Shown here: positions 1 to 14,164 of the stretch, piece by piece
How the letters are laid out: the number at the start of each line of letters is the position of its first letter
How positions within the stretch are numbered: the first letter of the stretch is position 1
Source of the DNA: Eledone cirrhosa
Taxonomy: Eukaryota
Length of the DNA: 64,000 nucleotides
Assembly (NCBI GenBank): GCA_964016885.1
Contig: OZ024742.1
Location: forward strand, 173,786,001 to 173,850,000
Reading direction: 5' to 3'
The notes under the pieces: model-generated
The model's input: the letters and a program-made list of their open reading frames with translations, nothing else
What the model was told of the DNA's origin: nothing
Database searches by the model: none
Program-made: the position numbers and the translations under genes

Positions 1-574
1 GTCTCGTAAGACTAAAGTAGGTAAAGAAATAAATAAAGGAAATAAATATTCTTAAAAATACTCCAGCTGAATGTTTGATTCCTTTTCCTTATACTTTCAC
101 CGTGTAGGACATCTGTTATTTTTTCTTTTTCTTTTGGTTTATATATATATATATATTAAGAGAGAGAGAAAGTGTTTGTGTGTGTGTACCTCGGCTCTTT
201 ATTTGACATGAACATTTTTTATAAGATTCAATATACACACCCGGTCGTGTCTCAAGTCAGAGCATTCCCATTGCTTATTAACTCGAGACCGCCAGCTTTC
301 TCTCTCTACAGAAATGACCTTCATCAGCCATTGTCCATAGGCGTAATAACCATAAGCTTTGAGCTTATTTCGTTTTAGCAACCATTCAGGGAATTTTCCT
401 TAGAACCTAACTAATAATTGGCTTTTTTGTGGCAATATATATATCTTTTTAACACTAAATTATTAAAAACAATATATCGTATTTGTCGGCCTATTGAACG
501 CCCATTTGCATAAGACGCTCCCACTTATTTTATTATACTTTACATGATATTTTGACGTTCATAGGCATTTTTAT

Positions 575-660
575 GAACCACGTCCAATATTCGCGGTTTT
601 TCACGCTTAGCGGGTGCTGTGGGAACATAACCCTCGCGAATTACGGGAGACAACAGTGTA
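575..660 (-). mobile_element. Tigger/pogo-like DNA transposon (MITE) terminal fragment
   Basis: Minus strand reads ta|cactgttgtctcccgtaattcgcgagggttatgttcc...aaaaccgcgaata, resembling Tigger-family termini next to a TA site. Confidence 0.45.
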
Positions 661-711
661 TATAAATCGGGTAGTATATTGCATATTATACAAAATGTTC
701 ATATATAATAA

Positions 712-1890
712 TGGGAAGATCAACCACCTGTCACATCCTGGTGCCGAGGAGGATATTAGAGGGAGCCAGAGCAAAGTGCCTTCCTGCGGTCATGGTTTTC
801 ATTGACTTTAGGAAGGCCTTTATTTCTGTGGAGCGTCACTGCCTGATAAAGATATTACAGGCTTATGGAATCCCCAAGAAGATAGTGGACCTGATATCAC
901 TGCTCTACACCAACATCAAAGCCCAAGTCTTTACACCTGATGGGATGACAGAGTTCTTTGAGATACTGGCTGGAGTGCTCCACGGAGATACATTGGCTCC
1001 CTACCTTTTTATCATCGTAGTGTACTATTGTATTGGCCTTGCACTGGAGAAACACCAGGACTCTGGCTTTACTGTTACACCGGCTCAGAGCAGGAGAGTT
1101 AAGGCGAAAAATATATCGGATGCTGAATTTGCCGACGACATAGTTTTGGTGACAAATACAGTGAAGGAGGCAGAGGATTTGATGCAGGAGGTTGAGACTG
1201 TGTCGATGAGTGTGGGGCTGAGAATGAATGAGACTAAAACAAAATATCTGGTAGAGAATGTTGAGAAGCCAGAAGAGATCACTAATGTAAGCGGGAAGCT
1301 GCTAGAATTGGTTGAGGACTTCCTGTATTTGGGAGCAAAGTTTGGGAATACGGAAGATGATGTGGTTGAGAGGAAGAGCAAGGCCTGGGCGGTGTACCAC
1401 AGCTTGAGATCGGTGTGGAAGTCGGACCTTCGTAAAGACCTGAAAATCCGCCTCTTCATTGCTGTAGTGGAGTCTGTGTTGCTGTACGGGTCTGAGACTT
1501 GGACACTGACCAAGAAACTCACTCAGATGGTGGATGGGTGCTACACGAGAAAGCTCAGGATGGCTCTGAACATTAATCAGTATACACTGAGGATGAAAAA
1601 CTCAGAGCTGAATGGGAACCTCCCAAACGTCAGCTCAAAAGTGACACAGAGGAGACTGAGGTTAACTGGACATGCTCACCGACATCCAGAGTTGACATTG
1701 CACTCAGTGCTCCTGCGGAAGCCCCTACACGGACACACTGGAAGAGGAAGACCAAGGTTAACGTATGTTTATGCCCTAAGGACAGACACTGGTCTGTTGG
1801 TGACGCAGGATATGGCAGCGATAATGAGGGACAGAGACCGCAGGGGAGAACTCGTCCATGGATCTCGGGAATTTTACCCGCCCTAGATAG
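712..1890 (+). mobile_element. 5'-truncated RTE-clade LINE (RT C-terminal half; ORF 711-1886) with 11-bp target-site duplication
   Basis: RT motifs FIDFRKAF, GVLHGDTLAPYLF, FADDIVL, FLYLG, LLYGSETW, RGRP. ATATATAATAA occurs at both 701-711 and 1891-1901. Short (ATAG) tail directly after the stop codon. Confidence 0.92.
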
Positions 1891-2340
1891 ATATATAATA
1901 ACCATCCTTTGAGCCTCGGTATGAATAACAATGGTTGTGATTATGTCAATGCTATTATTAGCAAGAAAATGTGGGCACTCTGGTGATAGCGCGTCTTGTT
2001 CTTTAAGCGTTGTCAGAGAGTCATACTGCCTTGGTTGTTAAAACGAAATAAACTCAAAGCTTTCAGTCATTACACCTATGAACATTGGCTGATGAAGGTC
2101 ATTTCCATACAGAAAATAAGCTGGCGTGCTCGAGTTAATAAGCAATAGGAATGATTTGTCTTAGCGTGATTGGAACGTGACTGGGGCTGTATATTGAATC
2201 AAATAAAAAATGTCTATCTCTAATAAAGATCCTTATAGTCTCGCTATGAATTTTTAAAGCTGTGATCGTCTTATGTAAATCGCAGTGAGTGACATGATCA
2301 CAGCATTTAAAATTCAGATCGGGGTTACAAGGATGTTTAT

Positions 2341-2341
<1 letters not shown>

Positions 2342-2409
<68 letters not shown>

Positions 2410-2429
2410 ACAGACACACACACACACAA

Positions 2430-2460
<31 letters not shown>

Positions 2461-2505
2461 CATACATACATACATACATACATGTGTGTGTGTGTGTGTG
2501 TGTGT

Positions 2506-2576
<71 letters not shown>

Positions 2577-2581
2577 TGTGT
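2342..2581. repeat. Compound microsatellite (CA)n-(TACA)n-(TG)n
   Basis: Read directly; representative of dozens of microsatellite tracts in the window. Confidence 0.98.
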
Positions 2582-2584
2582 GAA

Positions 2585-2700
2585 GGCGTGTGGATGAGTG
2601 GTTAGAGAATTAGATTCACAACCGGGCGATTGTGAGTTCGATTCCTCGACCGGGCGATGTGTTATGTCCTTGAGCAAGACACTTTACTTCACGTTGTTCC
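2585..2700 (+). mobile_element. tRNA-derived SINE head
   Basis: A-box-like gtggatgagtggtt and B-box gagttcgattcc, followed by tgtccttgagcaagacactttac. No complete tRNA cloverleaf. Confidence 0.7.
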
Positions 2701-2951
2701 TTCTACCTGGAATTGCGACCGATAGATAGTATTAGCAATTTGAAAGACCAACGGAAACTTTGTTTCCTCGGTCCGATGTAACGAAAGTCAATATATATGT
2801 CGATATATATATATATATAGATATAAATATATTATTTTGTTGGTTACAGTCATTGGGCTGCAGTGCTTCAAGTACCTTATTCACGTGTAGCACTTAATTG
2901 TGAATCACAAGTGTTGGGGTAAATGCAATGACAGGCGCGTGAATACACACA

Positions 2952-3055
<104 letters not shown>

Positions 3056-4801
3056 ATGTGCGCGCGCGCGCGCTCTTGATTATGTTTACAACGTATGTGT
3101 ATGTGTTTGCGTGTGAGTGTATGTACTATGAGCTTCAAGTCAGCTCTCCAAGAATCCGAAACGAGTTGGTTATGAAGTGCACAACATATAACCTATCTAA
3201 ACATATCTCAATTGCATTTCCTCAGCTACTGTTAATAGTTACATTGACATCAATTTTCGTCTTCCACAGCACTATCTGGATTTCTTCTATTTCTAATGTA
3301 GCCCCTACATAACACACTAGTCCCATACTAATTTACTTCTTCCTATTCACTGGCTAATTTTCATAGTCATTCCTTCTTGGTTATTAGAAGTCCATAAAAT
3401 TATTTAGGCGATTTTTTTCTTCTTTAAAAACAGTTATGATACATATTTAAAGGGGATCCCTCGGAAGTACAGGCGCATGCCAGTAGAGGTTAGTAGTCAA
3501 GAGTTCGTAGCACATTCTCTTTGTCGGACTTACGAAACACGGGCATTAGGGGACGGAATATCAGTAGACTGGGCTTCTAGATTAATCTGACTGAAACTAA
3601 ATAACCAGTATCATCATGCACGGACACAGGCTGGAGCATAGTTAATCTTGGTCGAGTGATATGAAAGGAAATGTGTGATGTAAGTACCGAAAATACTGAT
3701 AATATGTCCATGTATCTCCATCCCTACGTGTATAAATAACTTGACAAACACTTATTTGTTTGTTATATATTTATTTTCTTATAATGATTGAATCATTCCT
3801 TTTTAATATGTGCGATGAATAGGTTAGCGTATAATAATCACAATCTATTTATTTATTTTATTTATCTATTTCATTTAATGCCAACATTTCTTCTTTGTTA
3901 ATATCTCCCCACTAACATTTTAACTTTGCATATTTTAATGAGTAACCATGATTTAACCTTTGACCACTTCCACAACTTTCAATGACCTGTAACATGGCCT
4001 GTCGCTTATGTAACATGGCATTATCTGCATTTTGCCACTATCCGTCGATTTCTTAACTACAAAAAGAACAGGATTTATCTCTTTTCTCACATACCGAAGT
4101 CCTGTCATTTTGAATTTGTTATATCTATCTTTCAAAATATCTCAATATCTTTACGAAAACTATCATAATCACGGAAAGAAATGTTAATTTAATATCAACT
4201 ACTTCAATCTCATTCAGTTTATGTGAGTTTGCAATACCTGAAATCAAAGCACTCGCTATCTGTCAAATTTGTGAGAAATGCTGTATTAGAGTGAAATAAT
4301 TTAAATTCAGCTCTGCAAAATGTAAAATATTTTATTAATTTCATTCTTACCTATTTTAGTGACAACGTACATGAAGGACGTATTTTCTGATTATCAGGTA
4401 GGAAATAAATTATATCACACTGCAGATGCAGGAAAAGCAGAGAACAGTCTAGAATACGGTGATAAATAGAAAAATTAATCATGCTATTGCAACAGAAATT
4501 TGTTCTAGTGACATAAATACTGACGATTTGACTAAAACGTTTTATATTTATCCTGACAGTTATATATCTTAAACGTTAAAATTTCTCTCTGGAGTATTCC
4601 ACTCTATGCTATATTCCAACGACATTGTACAGTAGAGAATCTCCGTTTTATGGGAAATATATCTGGATTCTTACTACTCTGAAAATTCACACACCAGGAT
4701 TCTGAATGAGTCGTTATAAATCGAAATCTAATCACCAGATTTTAGTTTTACCGAAGAAAGCAGTTTACACTTATAACAAATAGCTCATAACATGCTAAGT
4801 A

Positions 4802-5150
4802 GACGTAGCATGGCCGAATGGTTAGTAAGTTTGCATCGCATTCATTAGATCCTTGGTTCGATTGATTCAACTCTGTGGCTTCTTGTGAAAGCTTCATTTA
4901 CCATAGCTCTTGGTCGTTCCATATCTTCTACGAGAAATGGGAGAATGGAATCTCTTTGGAAGGCTATCAGATGAAATTCATGTGTAATTCAAAGGGTATG
5001 ACTTGTCACACATTCAATTACGCTAAATTGCTCTGAGAATTACATGATGGGTTATAGGTGTGTAGGTGTATGCGATGTGCTGAGCCAGCTATACACTAAT
5101 TTTATGAGCAGGCTCTTCCGTTGATCCAGCAACTAGAACACTCATCATCT
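4802..5150 (+). mobile_element. tRNA-headed SINE, diverged; relatives at ~11335-11690, ~13540-13830, ~23805-24140, ~35150-35360, ~36265-36405 and a tail-only piece at ~13200-13410
   Basis: Head tggccgaatggttag...ggttcgatt. Shared body ...aattcaaagg...cttgtcacaca...gagaatta...atgagcaggctcttccg.tgatc...aacactcatc recurs in the other copies. Confidence 0.7.
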
Positions 5151-5375
5151 CAGCCGTCGGAGATCCTGTTGATGCTTTCAGGTACTGAGAAATTTCAGAG
5201 GCGGCAGATATCCATAAACAAACAACAAAGCGTGGTGATTTGTAACCTACTTCACATTTTCTATAGAAGGACTTGTATATCAACTCACATTGGAACGATG
5301 ATACAAACAAATGCTGTGTACTTGATAATATCAGCAATGAAAAACCCAATGACATAATGCCTCCTTGTTCTCATC

Positions 5376-5449
<74 letters not shown>

Positions 5450-5454
5450 GAATA

Positions 5455-5880
5455 TATAATTCGTTTTTGAATTTGTTTGGCGAGATTTCTTATCTTAAAA
5501 CGTGCGTTGAAACATATATTGTTATACTTTGGGAGGGTCATGCTGCTAATTAAAACACACGCACCTGAGGTTTTCACATCAATTTACTAAAGCTCTCCAG
5601 CTGCTTGGTTGGCTTGACAAACGGACGGTTGTTTATGCATTGTCAAAGCCCTTTCGTCAGATAGTCTGTGACTTCCTCAGTGCCTAGATTCATATTTTTA
5701 CCAAGATGGTGTAGGACAAAATAGGGTAGAGACACAAGATAAAAACCTAGTCCCCGAGGAGCTCAAACAATGTTCTTGTTATCGAACCAACCAACCGGAA
5801 ACTTATAATATATTGAATTGAAAACCAACAGGCGCGTGTGTTTTTATTGGGAGCATGACCCTACGAAAGTATAACAATAT
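5455..5880. mobile_element. Miniature inverted PLE insertion, diverged relative of the 39-45 kb element, with HHR remnant at 5642-5684 (-)
   Basis: 5455-5690 aligns with 43285-43550 (MTLPKYNN...KQIQKR; CTGAGGA-agtca..tgac-GAAA). 5782-5880 is the same pLTR/tail in the opposite orientation. (TA)n on both flanks. Confidence 0.88.
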
Positions 5881-5895
5881 ATATATATATATATA

Positions 5896-5942
<47 letters not shown>

Positions 5943-6101
5943 GCGTGTGTGTGTGTGTGCGTCTGTGTGTGCGTGTGTATGCGCGTGTGTGTGTGAGCAA
6001 TGACACCTCTACTAGGTATTGCGACCTACAGACAGTATCAACAATAGAAAGACCATTGAAAATATTACTTCCTTAGTCTTAATTGACGATGACCAAATTT
6101 T

Positions 6102-6142
<41 letters not shown>

Positions 6143-6344
6143 TTAAACCATTTTGTTTGTTTACCCTAGCGTCCCCTTTATTTACGTGTCCCAACGACTT
6201 TTTTTAGCCGCTGCTCGCACCAACCTGAGGTATATGGCCTTTAAGGCGATGAAATGCCTACGACGGTTGGAAGGCCACTGATGAAGGACAAACTTTTTCA
6301 TATGTAACCCATGTGCAACGCCGCAGCTCCATTATTATCATATT

Positions 6345-6389
<45 letters not shown>

Positions 6390-6839
6390 CCAGCAGTGGT
6401 GGACAATAGACACTATCACCAATATTCAATGCGAATTTTATTTCCCTGGTTTGATCTGACGACCTATTTATTAGGATTACATTTGCTACTTCGTTTAATT
6501 GTTCACTATGTCCCTAATTTCCGTCAAAGGTTTTACTATCAGTTTCCCCCAAAATGCTGTTATAATTTCCTAACAAATTCTAATATATCTTATGTCTCAT
6601 ACCAATATATTCTTCATTTTCAACTTCGTTTTCTTTACTATAAATTCTATTTCATACATATCACTTGCATTCTCCAGTTGCCTACAAGTAAATTAATCTT
6701 GTATATACCAATATTTCATTTCCGTACGTCAGACAGTGAGTTGCAGTGGACAATAACGCCATGTAGGAAAAAAATATCCCACAAGATTAAGGGAATACAA
6801 ACAGCTCTAAGATACAAGCACAAATACACCACTAACACA

Positions 6840-7250
6840 GCCAGTACATCGATTACAACAACATCAAGAACAACAACACAACAAAAATACCAACACCAAC
6901 AAAAAGAAAGACACAATATCAAGAACAACAGCTCGAAAATAATTACAATAAGAGCAACAACAATAACTACAAAACCAATAACCATTATTACAAAAAGAAC
7001 AACACCAATAACTACAAGAGCAGCAACTACAACTATAACAACTACAGTTGCAGCAAAAGATCATAAAAGGATTGATTACTTTCATTGTGAAACATTCAAA
7101 CGTATTGAGATTGTGAAAAACTACAAAACTTAACGACCACAACGGCAGGGAAAACAGCAAACGTTGACAACAACAACAACAGCACAAACAAGACGTTCAA
7201 CAGAAACAACAAGAAAAGCAAGAATAAGAACAACTTTAACCAAAACCAAA
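6840..7250. repeat. Degenerate (ACA/AAC)n low-complexity tract
   Basis: Read directly; explains the T/I/Q-rich spurious ORF 6396-7133. Confidence 0.85.
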
Positions 7251-7718
7251 ACTGTGAGTAATAGAAATAAATAAGAGAATGACAATGTTCAGATTGTGGT
7301 TGTGTAAGTATAAAGAGAAGTTGTGTGTGTAATCAGGTGACTCTAAGTGAAAAGTTATAAAGGGAGAGAAGTAGGTAAATGAAAAGCGAAACAAATATAA
7401 ACATTAAACTATGACAAATGCCAAACCAAACATACTCAGGAAGTAACTGTTAATAGGAATAAATCAAGAGTTTGTAAGTAATTTCAAGATATCTAAAAAT
7501 TTCACCTGTATATTGTTATATATGTTTCTGTATATATATATATATATAATATATATATATATATGATATATATATATGTGTGTGTGTGTGTATGCGTGTG
7601 TGTATGTATGTGTGTGTGGTGTGTGTGTGTGTCTGTGTTTGTGCTTGTGTCTGTGCCTGTATGTCTGTGAAATCCGCGTGCTTGAAAACAAAGGTGGTAG
7701 AAAGACGTTTACTTAACA

Positions 7719-7773
<55 letters not shown>

Positions 7774-7799
7774 TGTATATATATATATATGTATATATG

Positions 7800-7943
<144 letters not shown>

Positions 7944-7946
7944 TAC

Positions 7947-8060
<114 letters not shown>

Positions 8061-8069
8061 ATATATATA

Positions 8070-8148
<79 letters not shown>

Positions 8149-8369
8149 GTATACAAACCACTATTGTTAATTATCGCATCATTAATCTTTATAGAATCCC
8201 AACATTTTTTCCTTTTTGTTTGTATCACGTTTACTAATTCACAGTGATACGAAAATGTCGGTCATTTTATTTAGTTTAATCGTATTTCTATTATTCTAGT
8301 TTATTTTATTTTATTTTATTTCTTATGATTTTATTTCATATTATTTTGTATTATTAGTTCTGTACATGC

Positions 8370-8580
8370 AGAGCAATTGATTGGCTGTATCGGTAGCGTG
8401 TCGCACAATATGATTTATGGCATAGTATTTCGCTCCTTTACGATCTGAGTTCAAATCCTGCTGAGGTTAGCTTTGCATTGCAGGGTCGATAAAATAAAAT
8501 ACCAGTAACAAACTGGGACCAATTTAATCGACTTTCTCCTCCACTAAAATTGCTGGCCTTGTGCCTACATCAGACACTAT
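8370..8580 (+). mobile_element. Nin-domain-type SINE; other copies ~8650-8800(+), ~10905-11055(-), ~11085-11298(-), ~38293-38465(+), ~38477-38652(+), ~48410-48570(-), ~50070-50210(-), ~53900-54050(-)
   Basis: Recurrent ctgagttcaaatcc.g..gaggt...tttgcctttcatcc...gggtcgataaaataaagtaccag...gctggccttgtgcc. Confidence 0.8.
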
Positions 8581-9431
8581 TATAATTTTTAGATATTTAC
8601 TTCAACATTTTGTTTCTTGCGTTTTATTTACGAAAATATTTCAGCTTTTCATGGCAGCCAATTTTGCCGAATCTTTAGGGCGTTGGATTAAATATCTCGG
8701 CGTTTATTCCGGCTAACTGCACTCTGCATTTGATTTCAAAGATGATCGAGTTCAACATAGCCTTTCATTCTTCTTGTGATCGACAAATATTGCACCAGTC
8801 CATGAGGTTTCTTGTCTGTTTTAATGATAAAGTCCCTATGATGTTATCATGAAATGACACCCTGAATCGAAGGCCATCAATTGCAGAGGTTAAACACCAC
8901 GGTGACCTTACTGCTGTTGCTGGTGATCGTCGTCGTGGCATACAAGAGATTCATCTGGGTCAACTCTAGTAGCGTGAAATGAACCTTAATGGTCAGGAAT
9001 ACAAGGCGAAGACTTGTCTAAGATTTTATTTTATAATTGATTTTATATTTGTGCGTCTAACACCCTAACCACTAGGTGAACATTTTTATGGATTATGGAT
9101 TTGAACTTATATTGGACATGAAGCGCGTGTACTGAGTATTACATAGAACATGAAGAGAACAACCCAGTCAGGAGTTGAGGTCGTATATATATATTTATTT
9201 ATGTGTGCATGTGTGAGTGTGTGTGAGTGTGTGTGAGTGTGTGTGTGAGTGTGTGTGTATGTGTGTAAATAGATAGATATATTTCTTTATTAGCCACAAG
9301 GGTGTAAATATATAAATATATAGATAGATAGAGAGAGAGAGATAGCTATGAATATCCACATATATGTATACGAACACACACACGTGCACACCTACGCACA
9401 GGCACGCACTCATATATATATATATATATAT

Positions 9432-9585
9432 ATAGGAACAAGTATGACCCAGACGGCAGAGCTCAAGCCGTTTCGACGGCTATTTCTTGACCATACTTGT
9501 TCCTATTACCCACTCTACTACCCTAAGTATTGAGTACTTTGGTGCGTTATGGTCCATCTGGTTCCTTACCACAATTCCTTCGTTA
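9432..9585 (+). mobile_element. (TA)n-flanked short repeat family (PLE-tail-like); other copies 37075-37273 and ~49885-49992
   Basis: Shared cctattacccactctactaccctaagta...ggtgcgttatggtccatctggttccttaccaca..tccttcgtt(AT)n. Internal inverted repeat 9432-9446/9492-9506. Confidence 0.8.
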
Positions 9586-9639
9586 TATATATATATACAT
9601 ATATATAAAGAGATAGATACGGAGATAGAGGGAGAGTGT

Positions 9640-10240
9640 TTGATTTGAAACAGTCGAAGTCAATGTTGCAGCATATGTGCAACGTTTATTTGCATATGAC
9701 AATTGTTTCCGTAGCGATCACCTCAGAGTAGATTCAATGTGATTTTGCACATATAAGCTGGCATATCTGACGAGATGTCAAAGAAGTGCAAGGCCCTGTT
9801 AATACAATGACCTCAGCTGGATGCGCAACATGCTCTGCAGAGTCTGTTCCGATCCCCATATGTGCATGTCATAGCGGCTTCCAAATGGCTGAACCTGGGG
9901 CATAATCCTCGAGTTCTGGAAGCGGAAAAGCGAAGAACTTGTCTGCATCAGCCACATAGGCATCAACCTCCTCTCCATTCTGCGCAAGATCTTCACCAAT
10001 ATCCTCCTCCGCCATGCATGCTGTTCCCGCTATTAGAAGCAGACGTTGCCCACACCAAGCTGGATTTAGGCCGAATCACCCTACCACCGAGCATATTTCT
10101 GTGTTCCACTCCTTCTCGTTATTGTACGGACTCAAGAGTTCCGCCTCTATCACGCCTTGTACGGACTCGAGAGTTCTGCCTTTATCACGCCTTCTTCAAC
10201 CACGCATGAACAGGATTTTTCGATGGTCCCATGAGAAACT
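9640..10240 (-). mobile_element. Highly decayed non-LTR RT fragment
   Basis: GC-richer patch; minus-strand VKILRRMERRL... resembles the LINE RT N-terminal region, with many stops and frameshifts. Confidence 0.4.
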
Positions 10241-11990
10241 ATGAGAACAAATAAAATAATCTGTTCTATATCAAATACCCAGAACAAAACTGTAGAATAT
10301 GCCACTAGCTGATAACACAACCATCTGATATCCTTTGCAAAACATCAGATGGATGTTGCCTCGTGATCTCATCGGAGAGAATTGGGAATGTGTTATATTG
10401 CAAAGAATTGCACTAAATGATATATTAATTATATAAGATATATAAAATTATATTAAGATATATTGGATTATAGGACCCCGCTGGATTAAGACTGGCAGTG
10501 TATGTGCAACTGTAAATTGCAAGCATCGATACAATGTTTTTATAGAAAGCCAACAATCGACCATGATTACAATTCTCTTTCTCTAAGCCACCGCGCAAAG
10601 ACAAGGGCTCATACAACGTGGCAACAGCAACTAGAAATAAATGTCTAACTGAAGGTCACCATGCACCTACCTCTCCCCGAAACAGACCCTCGGCTTTACG
10701 ATCCTGAGCAGAACAACCTAACCATAACTAACATATTACATATCACTTTGATGTAGACTTAGAATTAAGTCCTATCTACCAACGCTGCGCCATTTCAAAA
10801 TATATAATATATTACAAGCATAGAAAATAATTTGTAAATAGTGTAGCAATGATGTAAAGTAAGGCGAAGGGTAGGATTATAACAATATCAAATTTAATAT
10901 GATAATAAATTCTAAATTGGGGACAAACCCAACATTTTGTGGTCAGGGAAAAGCCAAAGTTTAACTAGGCGGAATTTGAACTCAGAACGTAAGGAGCCGG
11001 AATACATACTACTATGCATTTATCCGGTGCTCTAATTAGTGTACCAATCCACCATCGTTAACACTTGATATAAAAATAATGATTTCTACTATAGGCACAA
11101 GGCCAGTAATTTTTGGGGGAAGGGGAAAGTCGATTAAATCGACTCCATTGCATTACTGGTGCTTTATTTTATCGGCCCCGTAAGGATGAAAGGAAAAGCT
11201 AAACCCGGCGGGATTTGAACTCAGAACATGAGGACTATAACTCTGTACTCTAAAGCACGGTGTCCGACGCTCTACCGAGTCTGCCAATCCACCGCCCGAC
11301 TTGATTTAAAAATAATAAAACTTTCTTAAATTATTCGACGCAGACATATTTGTGTGATCAAGACGTTTGCTTCACAATCATGAGATTCCGAGTTCAATCA
11401 ATGCTTGGTCTTTTGAGCAAGTGTCATTTGCCATAGCCTACAGTCGATCGTGAGGGAAATTGATCGAAAGAAATTGAATAGAAATCTGTCAAATGGTTTC
11501 TATTTGCAATTCAAATGTCCAACATTTTCATATATTGTGTCACTTTGTATCTACCTTAATATTACATTGAGGGCACACACATCTGATGGATACTCAACCA
11601 CTTACACGTCCATCTGTGAATTGTATACGACCAGGTGATCGAAAGACTGAATCCTCAAAGTCGTAACCGACGGAGGACATCTCATATAATAATAGTAAAA
11701 CGTGGATCTACTTTAACAATAACATGCAACAATAATATAATGTAAAAATTAACCATTATAGTCATGATTTAACAACATTACTTTAATGCTGTAATGTTAC
11801 AGTGACAATATATATTTCAATATATATTTCAAAATAATGATGTTCAAACAGAATACAAAACATTGTATATACACCTTTATACAAACATATACAATAGCAT
11901 GATTTTTATCAATACATGTTCAATACATTTTCAATATATTTTTAATCAACACCTGCTTCTTATTCCATTTGCTTCGTACAAACTAGCAAT

Positions 11991-12026
<36 letters not shown>

Positions 12027-14164
12027 TTATTGCTAGTTTGTATGTATATATATCCTGTATATGTGTATCAGTGCACCTATGTATGCTCGTATGAATGTAT
12101 GAATGTATGTAAGTATACATGTATCTATGCACGTATGTAAGTATGCAGATATCAAATGTGATCTACGTTCCCGTGAAAGAAAATACAAAACGCTCTTCCT
12201 ATTTACATTTACTTTTAGTTTCACAAATGTTTTTGTAGTTTGTTTTTTTTTCATAAATTCCTAAACAGAACGATAACTTTCGGTGGAATATTTTATTAAG
12301 AAATAAAGTGGTAATGTTTTCTAATACAATACAACATTCGTCAATACGAAGACAACAACTCTAATAGATTCTTCCATCCTCTATACTGTTTTCATTTTCT
12401 ACAATGCGAAACTAAAAACGTGAGAGCATTAAAGTAAGTTTAATGTTGTATTCTTTTTTTCTTTTTCATTTGTACATATATTTATACAATTCTAGAATTT
12501 TGTAAACACCCTCCATCAAAATATGAAGGATATTTTTATAAAAGTATTTGTCTTTTTAGTTTGTGAAGGGGAAAATATTGGCTTATATGCCTATTATTTT
12601 ATTCGTTAATCTATTTATTTTACATCGAAATATCATACTTTCTCTTTCCTGCTGTTACTATTGCCATCGGTCTAAATAAACTCCCAAATTTAATAAATTC
12701 TGCTTACAAAATTGATTTTTTTTTTTATCTTTGATGCAGCAAGTAACTTTCAACAAAATTTGACCTATTTATTTGCTCTTCACGGTGTATAATAAACTTT
12801 TGTATTTTCTGATACAATGCTTGACTTTCATTACATTCACTGAACACATGCACACAAACATGCACAAAGAAACAAGTGTTCATAGCACACAAGATTAAAA
12901 AGAGTAAACTTCTTTTTTTCTATTCGGTTGACATTCCTTTTTTTTTCTCGTATAGATATTGGTGGAAACTGAAGGTTTTCGAGTGATATATGTAGATTGT
13001 ATTAGGAGCTAGCTTGTGATACACAGCAGAGCAACTTATTGTTATAATGACACATGAGTTATGTGGAATAAATTGCCAATGAACCAAACCTGTAGGTGTG
13101 TTAAACATGTTGTCAAATATTAAACCGTCCTACAGACCTCTATATCATGGATCCAGGGCGTGTTTCAGTAAAAGAGGAGGGGAAAGATTGTGTTTGTGTT
13201 TGTATGTGAGGGAGATAGAGACGATGTAATTCTTACGACCAGCCTTGTCATAGACTCTGTCAGGTTTATCCCCCTCCGAGAAATATGAGAATGATTCACG
13301 TGTCTGTGTAATGTTCAGCCAGTTGCAGGTTAATTCCATGAACAGCTGTGCTATTGATAAATCAATAAGAATGCCCATCGTTGGAACCGACAGAGATCCA
13401 TTTCATTCTATTTGATTTACAATTGGGCCTGGTGTGCAGCGTCAAATGTCCGTAAGGAAGTAGTGATTCATCTACTATTATCTAGGGCCCTCATTACACT
13501 ACTAGTAGTATTTACCATATAAACTCAAAAGTTTAATGCGACGTAGGTATTCTTGAGTGAGTAAGAGGTTCGTTTCGCAATCTTTAAGTCCTGTGTTCTA
13601 TTCGGCTGTCTTGTAGATTTTGTGTCTTTACGGAAGCGGAAGGTCAATTGAAGAATTCCGTCGAAAGGATTGTACTTCTAATTCAGCCGTATTTGGGTCA
13701 CATTGACTCTGCCTGAGAATAATGTTAGGGATGCAAGTGCCTACATAATACTCAAACACTTAAACTGTAATTCACGAGTTGAACCAGCAAATACTCATCG
13801 TCAGAATCGAAGGAAGATCCATACACGTGAATGGATTCTTTTGAATCACTGACGGATGTGTAAAATATAATGGTGAAACAATCCATAGTTGAAAGGAAGT
13901 TGATTCTCTCAGAATGAAAACTAGTTATTACACAGTATAATACTACAGTGTTACGAAATATGCAAATTTGTTAACACCGGAGGCAAAAGGGAAAAGCGTC
14001 AACAATGATTGTGGTTGAGATAAATCAAGAATCATGACAGCTTCTCTCAGAAAGAATAACATGATTTGTATAGGTAGTTGTATATATATACGTATTTATG
14101 TATATATGTATGTATACATGTATGTATGTATACATGTATGCATGCATGTATGTATATATGTATG

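Larger units (their letters stand above)
225..2200. repeat. Diverged inverted-repeat pair (arms ~225-384 and ~2032-2200), probably an old PLE-derived fold-back with later nested insertions
   Basis: Left arm ...ttattaactcgagaccgccagc...gaaatgaccttcatcagcca...aagctttgagcttatttcgttttagcaacca is the approximate reverse complement of tggttgttaaaacgaaataaactcaaagc...tggctgatgaaggtcatttc...ctcgagttaataag. Both arms carry CTGATGA but no intact HHR stem II. Confidence 0.65.

Noticed and set aside
2585-2660. tRNA gene
   Set aside because: Only A/B boxes followed by SINE body; the cloverleaf is incomplete. The same applies to the other tRNA-like heads.
6270-6330. CTGATGA as a hammerhead; also at 2089, 4521, 25433 and 58080
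   Set aside because: No adequate stem II, GAAA and UH arrangement.
6396-7133. 245-aa ORF
   Set aside because: Low-complexity (ACA)n origin, no domain.
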